Part shown: in pieces, positions 1-10,294 of the stretch
Layout: each line of letters starts with the position of its first letter
Numbering within the stretch: position 1 is the first letter of the stretch
Assembly (NCBI GenBank): GCA_050699955.1
Contig: JBOHGD010000001.1
Location: 126,418 to 190,417, forward strand
Length of the DNA: 64,000 nucleotides
Direction: 5' to 3'
From: Pseudonocardiaceae bacterium
GTDB lineage: Bacteria > Actinomycetota > Actinomycetes > Mycobacteriales > Pseudonocardiaceae
Notes under the pieces: model-generated
Told to the model about the DNA's origin: nothing
Database searches by the model: none
Seen by the model: only the letters and a program-made list of their open reading frames with translations
Position numbers and translations under genes: made by a program

Positions 1-718
1 TCAAGCCAGGTTTCAATGACTACAGATCAACGAATAGTGCGTCGCCGCTATCTAATCCAGTAGCCGCATGTCGTTGGGACCGTGCATTGCTCCATCGGAT
101 TGGCGAACGTCTCCGGTTGCGCACTCGAAAAACATCTGCTAGGGCTAAGGACGACGGCGATCAGTCAAAGTGCCTTACCCGGTGGAAATTGCCTGGCTTG
201 TCGAGTGGGGCAGGGCGTTCGTTGGGTCGACCCGTGACAGCTGCATCGCCGGACAGTTGGACGGTGGGGCGGGGTCCGGGCTGGAAAGCGCGGAGGAGCC
301 GGGTGCGCGGCCGTCATGGGGCTGTCTCACAGTGCGGAGCTGATCCATGAGGAATCGCCTGATCCGACCCCACACGTCCCGATTCCCCACGCCCCGGTCC
401 GACCCGCGCTCACCCCGGCCCAGCCGACATCGGGACCGCAGCGCCGAGCCTGCCCGACCCGTCCGCAAGGACCGGCCCGAGAACAACCGGTGAGGCCGGT
501 CCGACTCACCCCGCCAGAACGTCCCGACCCGGCGGCCGAGGACAGGCAAGCGTGGCGCACCCCCGAGCCGGAGCGGTCCGACGCTGCGCGGGACTCTCTA
601 GGAGAGTTCTCCGAAACGGTTCCGCAGGTCATCAGGGACCCGCTCGGGGGTCTCATCCGGTCTTACCCAGCGCAGACTTGGGCCGAAACGGGCGGATGAC
701 CTGTGACTAGTTCGCCAC

Positions 719-867
719 CGAATATTCGATTCACGAATAATGCGGGCGGAATTATTCCACAAGGGCGTGTCACGGCGGACGCGCACGCTGCACGCCAAGA
801 ATTCTTAAGTTTTTGATCGCGAGAACTGGGTGCACTAGGGGTGCACTAGGGGTGCCGGATTAGTGCA
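719..867. promoter_or_regulatory. Repeat-rich, relatively AT-rich control region upstream of the whiB-like gene
   Basis: Contains palindrome CGAATATTCG (719-728), hairpin GAATAAT-9 nt-ATTATTC (735-757) and palindrome AAGAATTCTT (797-806). GGGTGCACTAG is repeated in tandem with an 11-bp period (828-838, 839-849, partial 850-856). An inverted half-site TAGTGCA sits at 861-867. Confidence 0.5.
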
Positions 868-914
868 TTGGCTGTGCGTGGTTTATGCAACGAGTTCATC
901 GTTGACTTGTCCGC

Positions 915-1316
915 ATGGAAGACAACCCTTTCAACACAGCTTCAGCGGCCGGGGAGCCACGCAAGAGCGCTGAGGAACTGTCCGCCGAGTTGGATGAGCT
1001 TGCGGCGGTGCCGACCGAGGTATTAGCGGACTGGGTGACTGCTCGGGGCCGATGCCTATGGGAAAGCACATTCGGTGTCCTACCGGAGTGGACCGGGGAA
1101 GACGAGCCGGATCGGGATTTGGCGCATCGGTTGTGTGCGGGCTGCCCGGTGCGGTCGGAGTGTCTTGAATTCGAAATCCGGGTCTCCGATGATCAGAATG
1201 CCGGAGTATGGAACGGATTGAACTCCGATGACCGGGTGGTGCTGCGCGACATGTGGCAGTCGCGACACCGTGACGAGATCGCCGCGCTTCCGGATGCCGA
1301 GGAGGCCGGACAGTGA
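915..1316 (+). CDS. WhiB-like Fe-S transcription factor (element-borne)
   Basis: Has the four-Cys pattern C-x27-CAGC-x5-C (RGRCLWES...RLCAGCPVRSEC), followed by a GVWNG variant of the WhiB G[VI]WGG turn and a basic tail. Confidence 0.8.
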   Translation: MEDNPFNTASAAGEPRKSAEELSAELDELAAVPTEVLADWVTARGRCLWESTFGVLPEWTGEDEPDRDLAHRLCAGCPVRSECLEFEIRVSDDQNAGVWNGLNSDDRVVLRDMWQSRHRDEIAALPDAEEAGQ

Positions 1317-1639
1317 ACGGCCCCGAGTTGTTCTTGGGTGGCATGGCCGCCCTCGGAGTGTTGTCAGTAGTGGTGAAGGCGAAGGTGAATGCGCGGCGGA
1401 CCGCCGTGGCGGCGGAGATTACCCGAGTGGGCACAAGCACAGTCTCGTTGCTGGGTCGGGTGCTGGTGACAGCAGTGATGATTGTCGGTGTGCAATGGCT
1501 GGTGATCACTCATCCCGGTAACCGAACGTTGCTCGTGGTAGTGCTGGCGTTCCCGGCATTGGTGACGTCGTTCACGCTCGTGAAGGCATTGACAGTGACC
1601 GAGATTCGGCGTTCGCGGTCTCGGGGTGGTAGGCGATGA
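1313..1639 (+). CDS. Small integral membrane protein (about 3 TM; Spd-like position upstream of the translocase)
   Basis: GTGA overlap with the whiB-like stop and ATGA overlap with the next gene. Has hydrophobic segments LFLGGMAALGVLSVVV, LLGRVLVTAVMIVGVQWLVI and LLVVVLAFPALVTSFTLV. No family recognised. Confidence 0.55.
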   Translation: MNGPELFLGGMAALGVLSVVVKAKVNARRTAVAAEITRVGTSTVSLLGRVLVTAVMIVGVQWLVITHPGNRTLLVVVLAFPALVTSFTLVKALTVTEIRRSRSRGGRR

Positions 1640-3771
1640 CGACTCCGAAGAAACCACACAAATCCACACAATTGGTGCCAAGGGTCTATGACGGTGAGGT
1701 GGTATCCGACAACGACCGTGCGTCTGATGTTGATGTGTCGGGGCGGGTAATGCGAGTGGCCGTGGACTGCACCGGGTATGTGCTGCGACAGGTACGAGAA
1801 TCGGAGCACGTCGCGCGGTTGTATTCGGTGGTCGCGTATCGGGTGCGGCAGGCGCCGCGCGACTTTGCCCGGCTGGCGTGGTTCGTGTTGCGGGGTCATG
1901 TTCGGTGGGTGAGTAAGGCGTGGACGTTTGTCACCTACGGCGACCTGCGAGCCGATGCCCGTGCCGCGCGACTGGCCGGGGACCCAGAAACCCGCAGGAG
2001 GACGCAGGAATTGTTGCGGGCTGACGCGCGGGCCCGTTGGGCGCGGGTCGGCATGGCCGTCGAGCGAGTGGGCACCGTGACGTGGGTGCTGGGCGCGCTG
2101 GCAGCGGTGCTGTGGCTGGTCGATTCGGTGATGACCCGGGATGAGATGTGGCCGTGGCTGGCGGGCGTCTACTCGTTCCTGGACGCGGCGGGGGCGGTCA
2201 TCGTGACCGGGACGCCAGACATGGCCGCACTTGCGATGGTGGGGTGGCTCGTGGCTGCCGCGTTCGAGGGTCGCGACCACACACCCGGGGCCGGATGGCT
2301 GGTGCGCCCGAACCGGGATGACGCGGATTCCTGGGTGGACGAGCGAATGATTTCCCGAGCTCTCGCGCACCTGGGTATCGCACCAATGGACAAGTTCTTT
2401 AAGACCGGTGGCGAACTCGTCTACACGATCCCGGCCCGACTGGACGGACAGGGTACCTACGCGCAGATCAGATTACCGATGGGCGTCACAGCGGACATGG
2501 TGGCGGATCGACGCGACCGGCTGGCGGCCAACCTTGGGCGGGCGAAACTGGAGACCTGGCCAACCGAAGGCAGCGAGGCCGGCCAACTGGATCTATGGAT
2601 CGCGGACAAGGGCACCCTCAGTAGAGGCTCCGGGCCGTGGCCGTTACTACATGACGGCCGGGTGGATGTATTCGACGGGGTACCGTTCGGCCGATCACAA
2701 CGTGGCCAATTGATCGCCGCGCCGATCCTGGAACGCAACTACATCATCGGCGGCCAACCAGGACAGGGCAAATCCTCGGCCGGGCGAACCCTATGCTTGG
2801 GATGCGCGCTGGACCCAAGCGTCGAATTGCGGGTGTTCGTGTTCGCGGCGAACCCGGACTTCGATCCCTTCACTCCACGTCTGTCCAAGTACGTCAAGGG
2901 TGATGACGACGCCGCCATCGAGACCGGGCGCGATGAACTGCGGTGGCTCCGGGAAGAAGTGACCCGCCGGGGCACACTGCTGGAACGACACGGAGCCGCG
3001 AAGGTCACCCGCACATTGGCCAGCAGAGTCCGGGGATTGCATCCGATGGTGGTGGTCTTCGACGAGTGTCACGAAATGTTCGAGCACCGCGAGTTCGGTG
3101 CGGAGGCAGCAGCGTTGGCGGTACGGGTGGTGAAAAAGGCCCGCAAATGTGCGATCACCTGCATGTTCCTCACCCAGTCGCCGACTGCGGCGTCCATCCC
3201 GAAGGACCTGACGCGTAACTGCTCGAACGGGATCGCGTTCGCGGTCGCCGATCAGGTCGCCAACGACGGCCTACTCGGCTCGGGAAAGTACCGGGCCGGT
3301 ATCCGGGCGACCGAACTACGCCCCGGCGAGGACCGGGGCACAGCAGTCACGGTCGGGCTGACCGCGAACCGGTTCGAACTCATCAACAGCTTCTATGTTC
3401 CGTTCGAGGACGGAGACGACCAAGTCAGCCCGGTCATAGCCCGGTCTCTGGCCCTGCTCGCCGAGCACGGCCACCACGTGCCCGGCAGTGCACCGCAGAC
3501 CGGTGTTGAGGCATCGGCACCTGATCATCTCGCCGATATCTACGCCGTGCTGTGTGGTCAGGCACGGGTGCGTACTCAGGTCGTGCTCGCCCGGCTCGCC
3601 GAGCACAACCCCGGCGTGTACGCCGACTGGACGTTCGGGCACCTCGCCGAAGCACTGGCCGCCGAGGGCCTGGCAGCCCACAAATCCGACGGCGTGATGG
3701 TCATCCGCGCTGACGACGTAGCGCTCGCGATCGCCGATCGCGACACCGACGGTGATGACCGTGGCGCGTGA
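1636..3771 (+). CDS. Membrane-anchored FtsK/SpoIIIE-family DNA translocase (TraB/TraSA-like conjugal transfer protein)
   Basis: Walker A is IIGGQPGQGKSSAGRT and Walker B is HPMVVVFDECHEMF. N-terminal TM segments are VTWVLGALAAVLWLV and MAALAMVGWLVAAAF. The C-terminus has a winged-helix-like tail. Confidence 0.85.
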   Translation: MTTPKKPHKSTQLVPRVYDGEVVSDNDRASDVDVSGRVMRVAVDCTGYVLRQVRESEHVARLYSVVAYRVRQAPRDFARLAWFVLRGHVRWVSKAWTFVTYGDLRADARAARLAGDPETRRRTQELLRADARARWARVGMAVERVGTVTWVLGALAAVLWLVDSVMTRDEMWPWLAGVYSFLDAAGAVIVTGTPDMAALAMVGWLVAAAFEGRDHTPGAGWLVRPNRDDADSWVDERMISRALAHLGIAPMDKFFKTGGELVYTIPARLDGQGTYAQIRLPMGVTADMVADRRDRLAANLGRAKLETWPTEGSEAGQLDLWIADKGTLSRGSGPWPLLHDGRVDVFDGVPFGRSQRGQLIAAPILERNYIIGGQPGQGKSSAGRTLCLGCALDPSVELRVFVFAANPDFDPFTPRLSKYVKGDDDAAIETGRDELRWLREEVTRRGTLLERHGAAKVTRTLASRVRGLHPMVVVFDECHEMFEHREFGAEAAALAVRVVKKARKCAITCMFLTQSPTAASIPKDLTRNCSNGIAFAVADQVANDGLLGSGKYRAGIRATELRPGEDRGTAVTVGLTANRFELINSFYVPFEDGDDQVSPVIARSLALLAEHGHHVPGSAPQTGVEASAPDHLADIYAVLCGQARVRTQVVLARLAEHNPGVYADWTFGHLAEALAAEGLAAHKSDGVMVIRADDVALAIADRDTDGDDRGA

Positions 3772-3775
3772 GACA

Positions 3776-3957
3776 CAGGGAGGCGGGCAGGGAGACACCC
3801 AGGGACCCAGGGAGTTCTCCCTGAGTCCCTCCCTGCCCCACCTCCCTGCCCTGAGCTGCGGAAACAACCGTCAGGGAGGTAACACTCCACGTGCGCCGGG
3901 CACCTCACAACCACCCGAAACCCCGAACGCAGCGCACGCCGGTTACCTCCCTCCCTC
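3776..3957. repeat. Array of the heptamer CAGGGAG/CTCCCTG; candidate clt (TraB recognition repeats)
   Basis: Perfect forward copies at 3776, 3788, 3808 and 3872. Perfect reverse copies at 3817, 3829 and 3842. One-mismatch copies at 3800, 3947 and 3951. 3808-3823 is the palindrome CAGGGAGttCTCCCTG. A 10-bp inverted pair GGGAGGTAAC (3874-3883) / GTTACCTCCC (3942-3951) is also present. The array starts 5 nt after the translocase stop codon. Confidence 0.6.
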
Positions 3958-4020
3958 CCGGCCACGGCTCAACCCTCCGCCAGGCCCCCGCACGCAGGGT
4001 GACCCACCGGGGAGCCGCCG

Positions 4021-4257
4021 ATGACGCCCACTACCCGACCACCGGCGACCCAGGACGGCCCAGCACAACCCCAGCACGACGACATGAAAGGCGATCAGGA
4101 AACAGACGACGGCCCAGCGGAGACCGACAGAGAGCGCCTACGTGAGCTGGTCGCGCGAAGTCGCACTGAGCAAGGGCTACCGCCCAGGATTGAGGACCCC
4201 GCTACCTTAGATCGAGTCGCGACGGTCTTCCGGCTGGTTGAACAGGTCAGGCCCTAA
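4021..4257 (+). CDS. Small acidic hypothetical protein, convergent with the recombinase gene
   Basis: 78-aa ORF. Its C-terminal part, RELVARSRTEQGLPPRIEDPATLDRVATVFRLV, looks like a folded helical segment. No family assigned. The N-terminal half is low complexity, so the true start is uncertain. Confidence 0.4.
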   Translation: MTPTTRPPATQDGPAQPQHDDMKGDQETDDGPAETDRERLRELVARSRTEQGLPPRIEDPATLDRVATVFRLVEQVRP

Positions 4258-4314
4258 ATCGAGGCGCTACGTGACCACCGGTAGCGGGGATGTCAGGCGC
4301 GCTGCGGTGGACTG

Positions 4315-5775
4315 TCAGGCCCGCCAGAGCGGTTCGAGCCGGTCCGGGTCGAACCGGCTGCGCACGGTCGCCGGGTGCACGATCACCTTCTCCAGCACGG
4401 CGGTGACCACGGCCCGGCGCTGGCTGAGGTTCGCCGTTTCCCACCGGGCCAGCATCTCGTCATAGCTGCCCACGAAGCCATCCAGCGCACCGCTCTGCGT
4501 GGTACGGCTCAACCGCTCCCGCGCAACGTCCAAGCGGGCCACGATCGGCGCGCGGGCAGCCTTCCACTCCACGCGGCTGATCTCACCGCTACCCATCTCG
4601 GCGGCCAGCGCTTCGAGATCGTCCTCATCGGCCCGGATCCGGGCATACAGGTCCGGCTCCGGATTGTCCCGACGGTGGAGCCGCTCGGCCATCCTCGGCG
4701 AGTCCAGCGCAGCCAGGATCAGGTCCCGCACACGCCCGTCGGTGCCGCTTTGGACGATCATCACCTTTCCGCAGCCGGGCTGCCCAGGGTCATTACGGCA
4801 CAGATAGCGGGCGGCGTTGCGGTCGGAGTCCGAGCGTGGACGGGCCACCATCGGACGGCCACACCCAGGGTAGCCGCAGTGCAGGATGCCGCTCAGCAAG
4901 TACTTGCGGGCATTGCCCGGTGACGTGCGCCGCGCCGGATTGGCCAGCATCACCCGCAACCGGTCGCTATCGGCCGGACTGATGATCACGGGCCAGTCAG
5001 CGACATCGGCGACGATCTCACCCAACAGCGGGCGCGCCCGCCCCGGCTGATACATCTCCCCCGGCCGATACTCCCGGCGACCAGAAATCCGCGCAGACAC
5101 AAGCAGATGCCGCAGGGTCTGAATACGCCATTGCCCCCCCGCCGATGTCGGGATGCTGCGAGCGTTCAGATCCTTGCACACACTGATCAGCGACTCACCC
5201 GCCAGAGCCCGGGCGGCACACTCCCGGACCACCACTGCCTCATGCTCGATCAACGTCTTGCGGTCCTTGGCGTAACCGTAGGGCCGATGCCCACCCCCGG
5301 TGGTCTTCCCAGCCTCGGCGGCCTGCCGGGCCTGCCGACGCTGCCGTAAACCCTTGTGCTCACTCTCATGCCGGGCAGCCGCCCCCAACATCCGGGCGAT
5401 CATGCGCCCAGTCGGGGTGGCTAAGTCGATGTCACCGGTCACCGTGGCCAGGGCCAGCCCATACCGGTCCGCCAGGTCGATCACATCCTCCAGCTCCCTC
5501 GGGGAGCGGGTGAGCCGGTCCACATGCCAGCAGATCACCGCATTCACCGACCCGGCACGCACATCAGCCAGCAACCGCTCCCACGCCGGACGCGGCTTCC
5601 CGCTATACGCACTCACGTCGTTGTCGACATAGACCTCGACCATCGACCAGCCCAGACGCTCCGCCAACGCCCGGCAGTCTTCCTCCTGACGGACCACACC
5701 CAACCCAGCACCCCCCCGATCCATCGAGATCCGGCAGTAGATCGCGGCCCGCCGCGCCACACCCATCGTCGCCAT
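4315..5775 (-). CDS. Large serine recombinase (integrase)
   Basis: The N-terminal resolvase domain carries the catalytic Ser in AAIYCRISMD, plus DRLTRS. Followed by a recombinase domain, a zinc ribbon (HCGYPGCG...CRNDPGQPGCG) and a C-terminal coiled-coil region. The start was set at ATG 5775 rather than the ORF-track start at 5988. Confidence 0.9.
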   Translation of the reverse strand: MATMGVARRAAIYCRISMDRGGAGLGVVRQEEDCRALAERLGWSMVEVYVDNDVSAYSGKPRPAWERLLADVRAGSVNAVICWHVDRLTRSPRELEDVIDLADRYGLALATVTGDIDLATPTGRMIARMLGAAARHESEHKGLRQRRQARQAAEAGKTTGGGHRPYGYAKDRKTLIEHEAVVVRECAARALAGESLISVCKDLNARSIPTSAGGQWRIQTLRHLLVSARISGRREYRPGEMYQPGRARPLLGEIVADVADWPVIISPADSDRLRVMLANPARRTSPGNARKYLLSGILHCGYPGCGRPMVARPRSDSDRNAARYLCRNDPGQPGCGKVMIVQSGTDGRVRDLILAALDSPRMAERLHRRDNPEPDLYARIRADEDDLEALAAEMGSGEISRVEWKAARAPIVARLDVARERLSRTTQSGALDGFVGSYDEMLARWETANLSQRRAVVTAVLEKVIVHPATVRSRFDPDRLEPLWRA

Positions 5776-5789
5776 GGGTACACAATGAC

Positions 5790-6870
5790 AGACCGAGGTT
5801 GGCCTCGATGGTGGCGCCGCCCCGAGCGTGGTCGACCGTGTGGTCGACGTCGGCGTGGCGAGCTGGACAGCGACAGCCCGGGTACACGCAGACTCGGTCG
5901 CGGATCTGAACGTGGCGGCGCAGCACGGTTCCGGCGAACCGGGCGGCTGGATCCTGCTCACCTGCCCGGCCCGCGCCATCCCGGGCACGGTGAGCGTGAT
6001 GAGCCCGGTACTGGGCGGCGAGATCAGTGATCACCGTGGCCCACTGCCAGGTGCCGCACTCCTTGGCGGGTGCGGCCAATTCGGTCAGCAGGGTGGCCGG
6101 GATGTGCAGCTCGACGATCCCCCGCCGGCCCGGTGCCACGGCTGCGGCCGGGAGCCCGGTGCCGGTGCCGCGGGACCCGGTGCCCTCGGGGATCGCGGGG
6201 CGGCGACGGGTGATCCCGGCCAGGAGAAGCCGCCCGTCGGGGCAAGTGATGGCGTAGCGCCACTCCGCGTCGTGCCGGGCAGCCGCGATCGTGCGGGCGG
6301 TCTCGGCGGTGACCGGTCCCCACCCGGGGATCTCCCCAGGGCGCCGGTCGCGCCCGAGCAGGGTGGACAGCCCCACCCGTAGCTCGACGCCCACCCGCTG
6401 TCCTGTGGCGGGCTGCTCGGCACTGCCCGCGCTGTGCCCGTCATCCGGGCCAGCCGGGGCTTCGGCTGCGGGGGTGTCGTCCGACGCGCCACCGGGGGTG
6501 GGGTCCTGCGCAGTGTCATCAGCAGTCACCTGGTCCAGCAGATCAGCGATGATCTGATCTCGGGTCAGCCGCGCCCAGCGGCCGTCGAGCAGGCCGAGGT
6601 AGATGCTGGCCCGCAGCGGGCCGATCCGTTCGGGGTGCCCGGCGCGTTTGGCGGCCTTGGCGAGGTCCTCGATCCGGGCGCATGCGGCGGCGGCCTGGTC
6701 GGCGGGCAGCCTGCGTCCGGTGACGGTCGCGGTGCCGTCCTCATCCAGGTATCCGATCACGTCCCGATCCCGCACCGCGCTGGCATACCGGCGGGCGGCC
6801 CACTCCGGGTCCAGCGCAATGGCGAGTTTCTTGATCCGGGCCGCCAGCTCGCCGGAACCTGATAAACGGC
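5790..6870 (-). pseudogene. DUF222/HNH endonuclease gene remnant (13E12-repeat-like), truncated at both ends
   Basis: The HNH region CVYPGCRCPARHADVDHTVDHARGGATIEANLG stops being family-like at about 5790, before the expected LCxxHHxxKH. The frame then runs into recombinase-gene DNA as a Gly/Arg-rich tail. Upstream, family-like sequence (ELAARIKKLAIALDPEWAARRYASAVRDRDV) begins near 6860 with no N-terminal DUF222 part and no start codon. Confidence 0.65.
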
Positions 6871-7199
6871 CGGGGAGCCGGATACTGCCCGGGTGACAAC
6901 GGCAATTGCGGCACCCCTCCCCAATGCGCCGCCCGGCTCGGAGATCGGGGTAGTCCGAGCCGGGCGGTCTACGCCATCGTTACTTGGGGTTCGGAGCCGG
7001 GATCCAGTGCCCCTCGATGATAGGAGGAACGCTGTGGGTGACGTTCAACGACTACCGTAGGGCAAACCCATTGAACCGAGCGTATTCGGCTCTCGTCGTA
7101 TGCCTTGTGGAGAAAGTGTACAGCCGCGAGTGGTTCGTGTTGAAGATGATAGGCAGGCACGCCGACTGACGGACAGCATCGTCGCAGGGTTCGATCGGT

Positions 7200-7466
7200 C
7201 GGCGCTTCATGCGCGGGTTTGGTAAAGGTGGCGGTCGCGAGCTTTTGTTCTCCGGTCAACTGAGCGAGGTCATCGACTTTCGCGAGGTCATCGACTTTCA
7301 ACACTTCGGCCAGCCGGAGCAACAGCGAATCCGAGGTGTCAGTAACGATCCGTCTCAACCGCCTTGACCCTCTCGTCACTGCGCCCCACGAGCCCGTTCG
7401 GCACCGCACGCGTCATTCCCGCGCGCTGCCGATATGCCGTGTAACGGCGCAGGGTGACACGACGAG
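7200..7466 (-). pseudogene. XRE-family HTH regulator remnant (frameshifted)
   Basis: The HTH-like sequence is split over two frames. One frame reads RRVTLRRYTAYRQRAGMTRA...SDERVKAVETDRY* and the other reads TDTSDSLLLRLAEVLKVDDL. Contains an 18-bp tandem duplication and lies in a lower-GC stretch. Confidence 0.4.
7264..7299. repeat. Perfect 18-bp tandem duplication GCGAGGTCATCGACTTTC x2
   Basis: Read directly from the sequence at 7264-7281 and 7282-7299. It duplicates KVDDLA in the XRE remnant. Confidence 0.95.
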
Positions 7467-7657
7467 ACGCACCTCGTCGGGGCCTACAGCTGGAGATCGG
7501 CCCGGACCTGCGCTAGAACTTGCCGATGGGGCTGGCGTACGTGGTGGGCACGCACGACACCAAGGGCGCCGAGCTGCGCTACGTCGCCACCGCCCGCGCC
7601 GCGGATCTGCTCAAGACCGCCTGTCCCGCCGGTGACATCGACCCCCGAGGAGTACTC

Positions 7658-8121
7658 ATGCCCAGGCCCTACGCCAGCGCCGTCGTCCCCGCGGGCGCCG
7701 CCGACGTCTGGCACCTGGTCCGCGACTTCGCCGGTCTGCCCGGCTGGCACCCGGCGATCGCGGCCAGCGAGCTCATCTCCGGCACCGCGACCGAGGTCGG
7801 GGCGGTGCGACGGCTGACCGTCGCCGACGGTGGCATCGTCGTCGAGCGCCTCGTCGCCCTCGACGACGGAGACCGCAGCTACACCTACGAGATCCTGGAG
7901 GGCCCGTTCGCGGTGCGCCGCTACGTCTCCACGGTCCGGGTCACACCGGTCACCGATTCGGGGCACGCGTTCGTGGAATGGTGGTCGGAGTACGACGCGG
8001 ACTCGCGTGACGAGGACGAGCTCTCCGCGCTGTTCGCCGACGGGGTCTACGCGGCGGGCATCGCGGCACTGCGCGAGCGGTTCACCGTGATCCAGTCAGC
8101 AGCGATGGGATCCGATGCGCG

Positions 8122-8125
<4 letters not shown>
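7658..8125 (+). CDS. SRPBCC (Bet v1 / polyketide cyclase-like) ligand-binding protein
   Basis: GAGGAG lies 5 nt upstream of ATG 7658. Sequence: PYASAVVPAGAADVWHLVRDFAGLPGWHPAI...RLVALDDGDRSYTYEILEGPFAVRRYVSTVRVTPV...FVEWWSEYD. The stop overlaps the aroK start (ATGA). Confidence 0.75.
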
Positions 8126-10254
<2,129 letters not shown>

Positions 10255-10294
10255 GGGCGGGCACCGAACGTGGTCAACCGCTACCGTCGAGGTC

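Larger units (their letters stand above)
1..5790. mobile_element. Integrated AICE-like integrative/conjugative element. The right end is defined by the serine-recombinase junction at about 5776-5795. The left end was not identified and may lie outside the window.
   Basis: Gene content is typical of actinomycete integrative-conjugative elements: a WhiB-like regulator, a small multi-TM protein, a membrane-anchored FtsK/SpoIIIE (TraB-like) translocase followed by a dense heptamer array, and a large serine recombinase. The recombinase start codon (5775) lies about 10-15 nt from where homology of the flanking HNH gene stops. G+C is visibly lower at 1-180 and 700-915. Confidence 0.6.

Noticed and set aside
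316-699. 127-aa Pro-rich ORF (+) and its antisense partner 327-656 (-) at the left end of the window
   Set aside because: Both share the same third-codon positions, so codon bias cannot discriminate between them. Neither has recognisable motifs. Left unannotated rather than guessed.
1-915. Search for the missing 3' part of the HNH gene (LCxxHHxxKH...) or a second attachment site that would mark the left end of the element
   Set aside because: I translated the - strand in all three frames and found nothing convincing. Serine-integrase att sites share only a few bases, so they cannot be spotted as direct repeats by eye.
3752-4024. 90-aa Pro/Gly-rich ORF covering the region after the translocase gene
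   Set aside because: It is composed almost entirely of the translated CAGGGAG/CTCCCTG repeat array. The repeat structure explains the sequence better than coding does.
6969-7409. 146-aa ORF (-) as an intact gene, and the antisense 61-aa ORF 6984-7169
   Set aside because: Only its middle part (SDSLLLRLAEVLKV) looks like protein, specifically the end of an XRE HTH. The matching HTH start is in another frame and the remainder has no bias or motif. Treated as part of a pseudogene. A weak resemblance of another frame (PIIFNTNHSR...) to ImmA/IrrE peptidases was too poor to claim.
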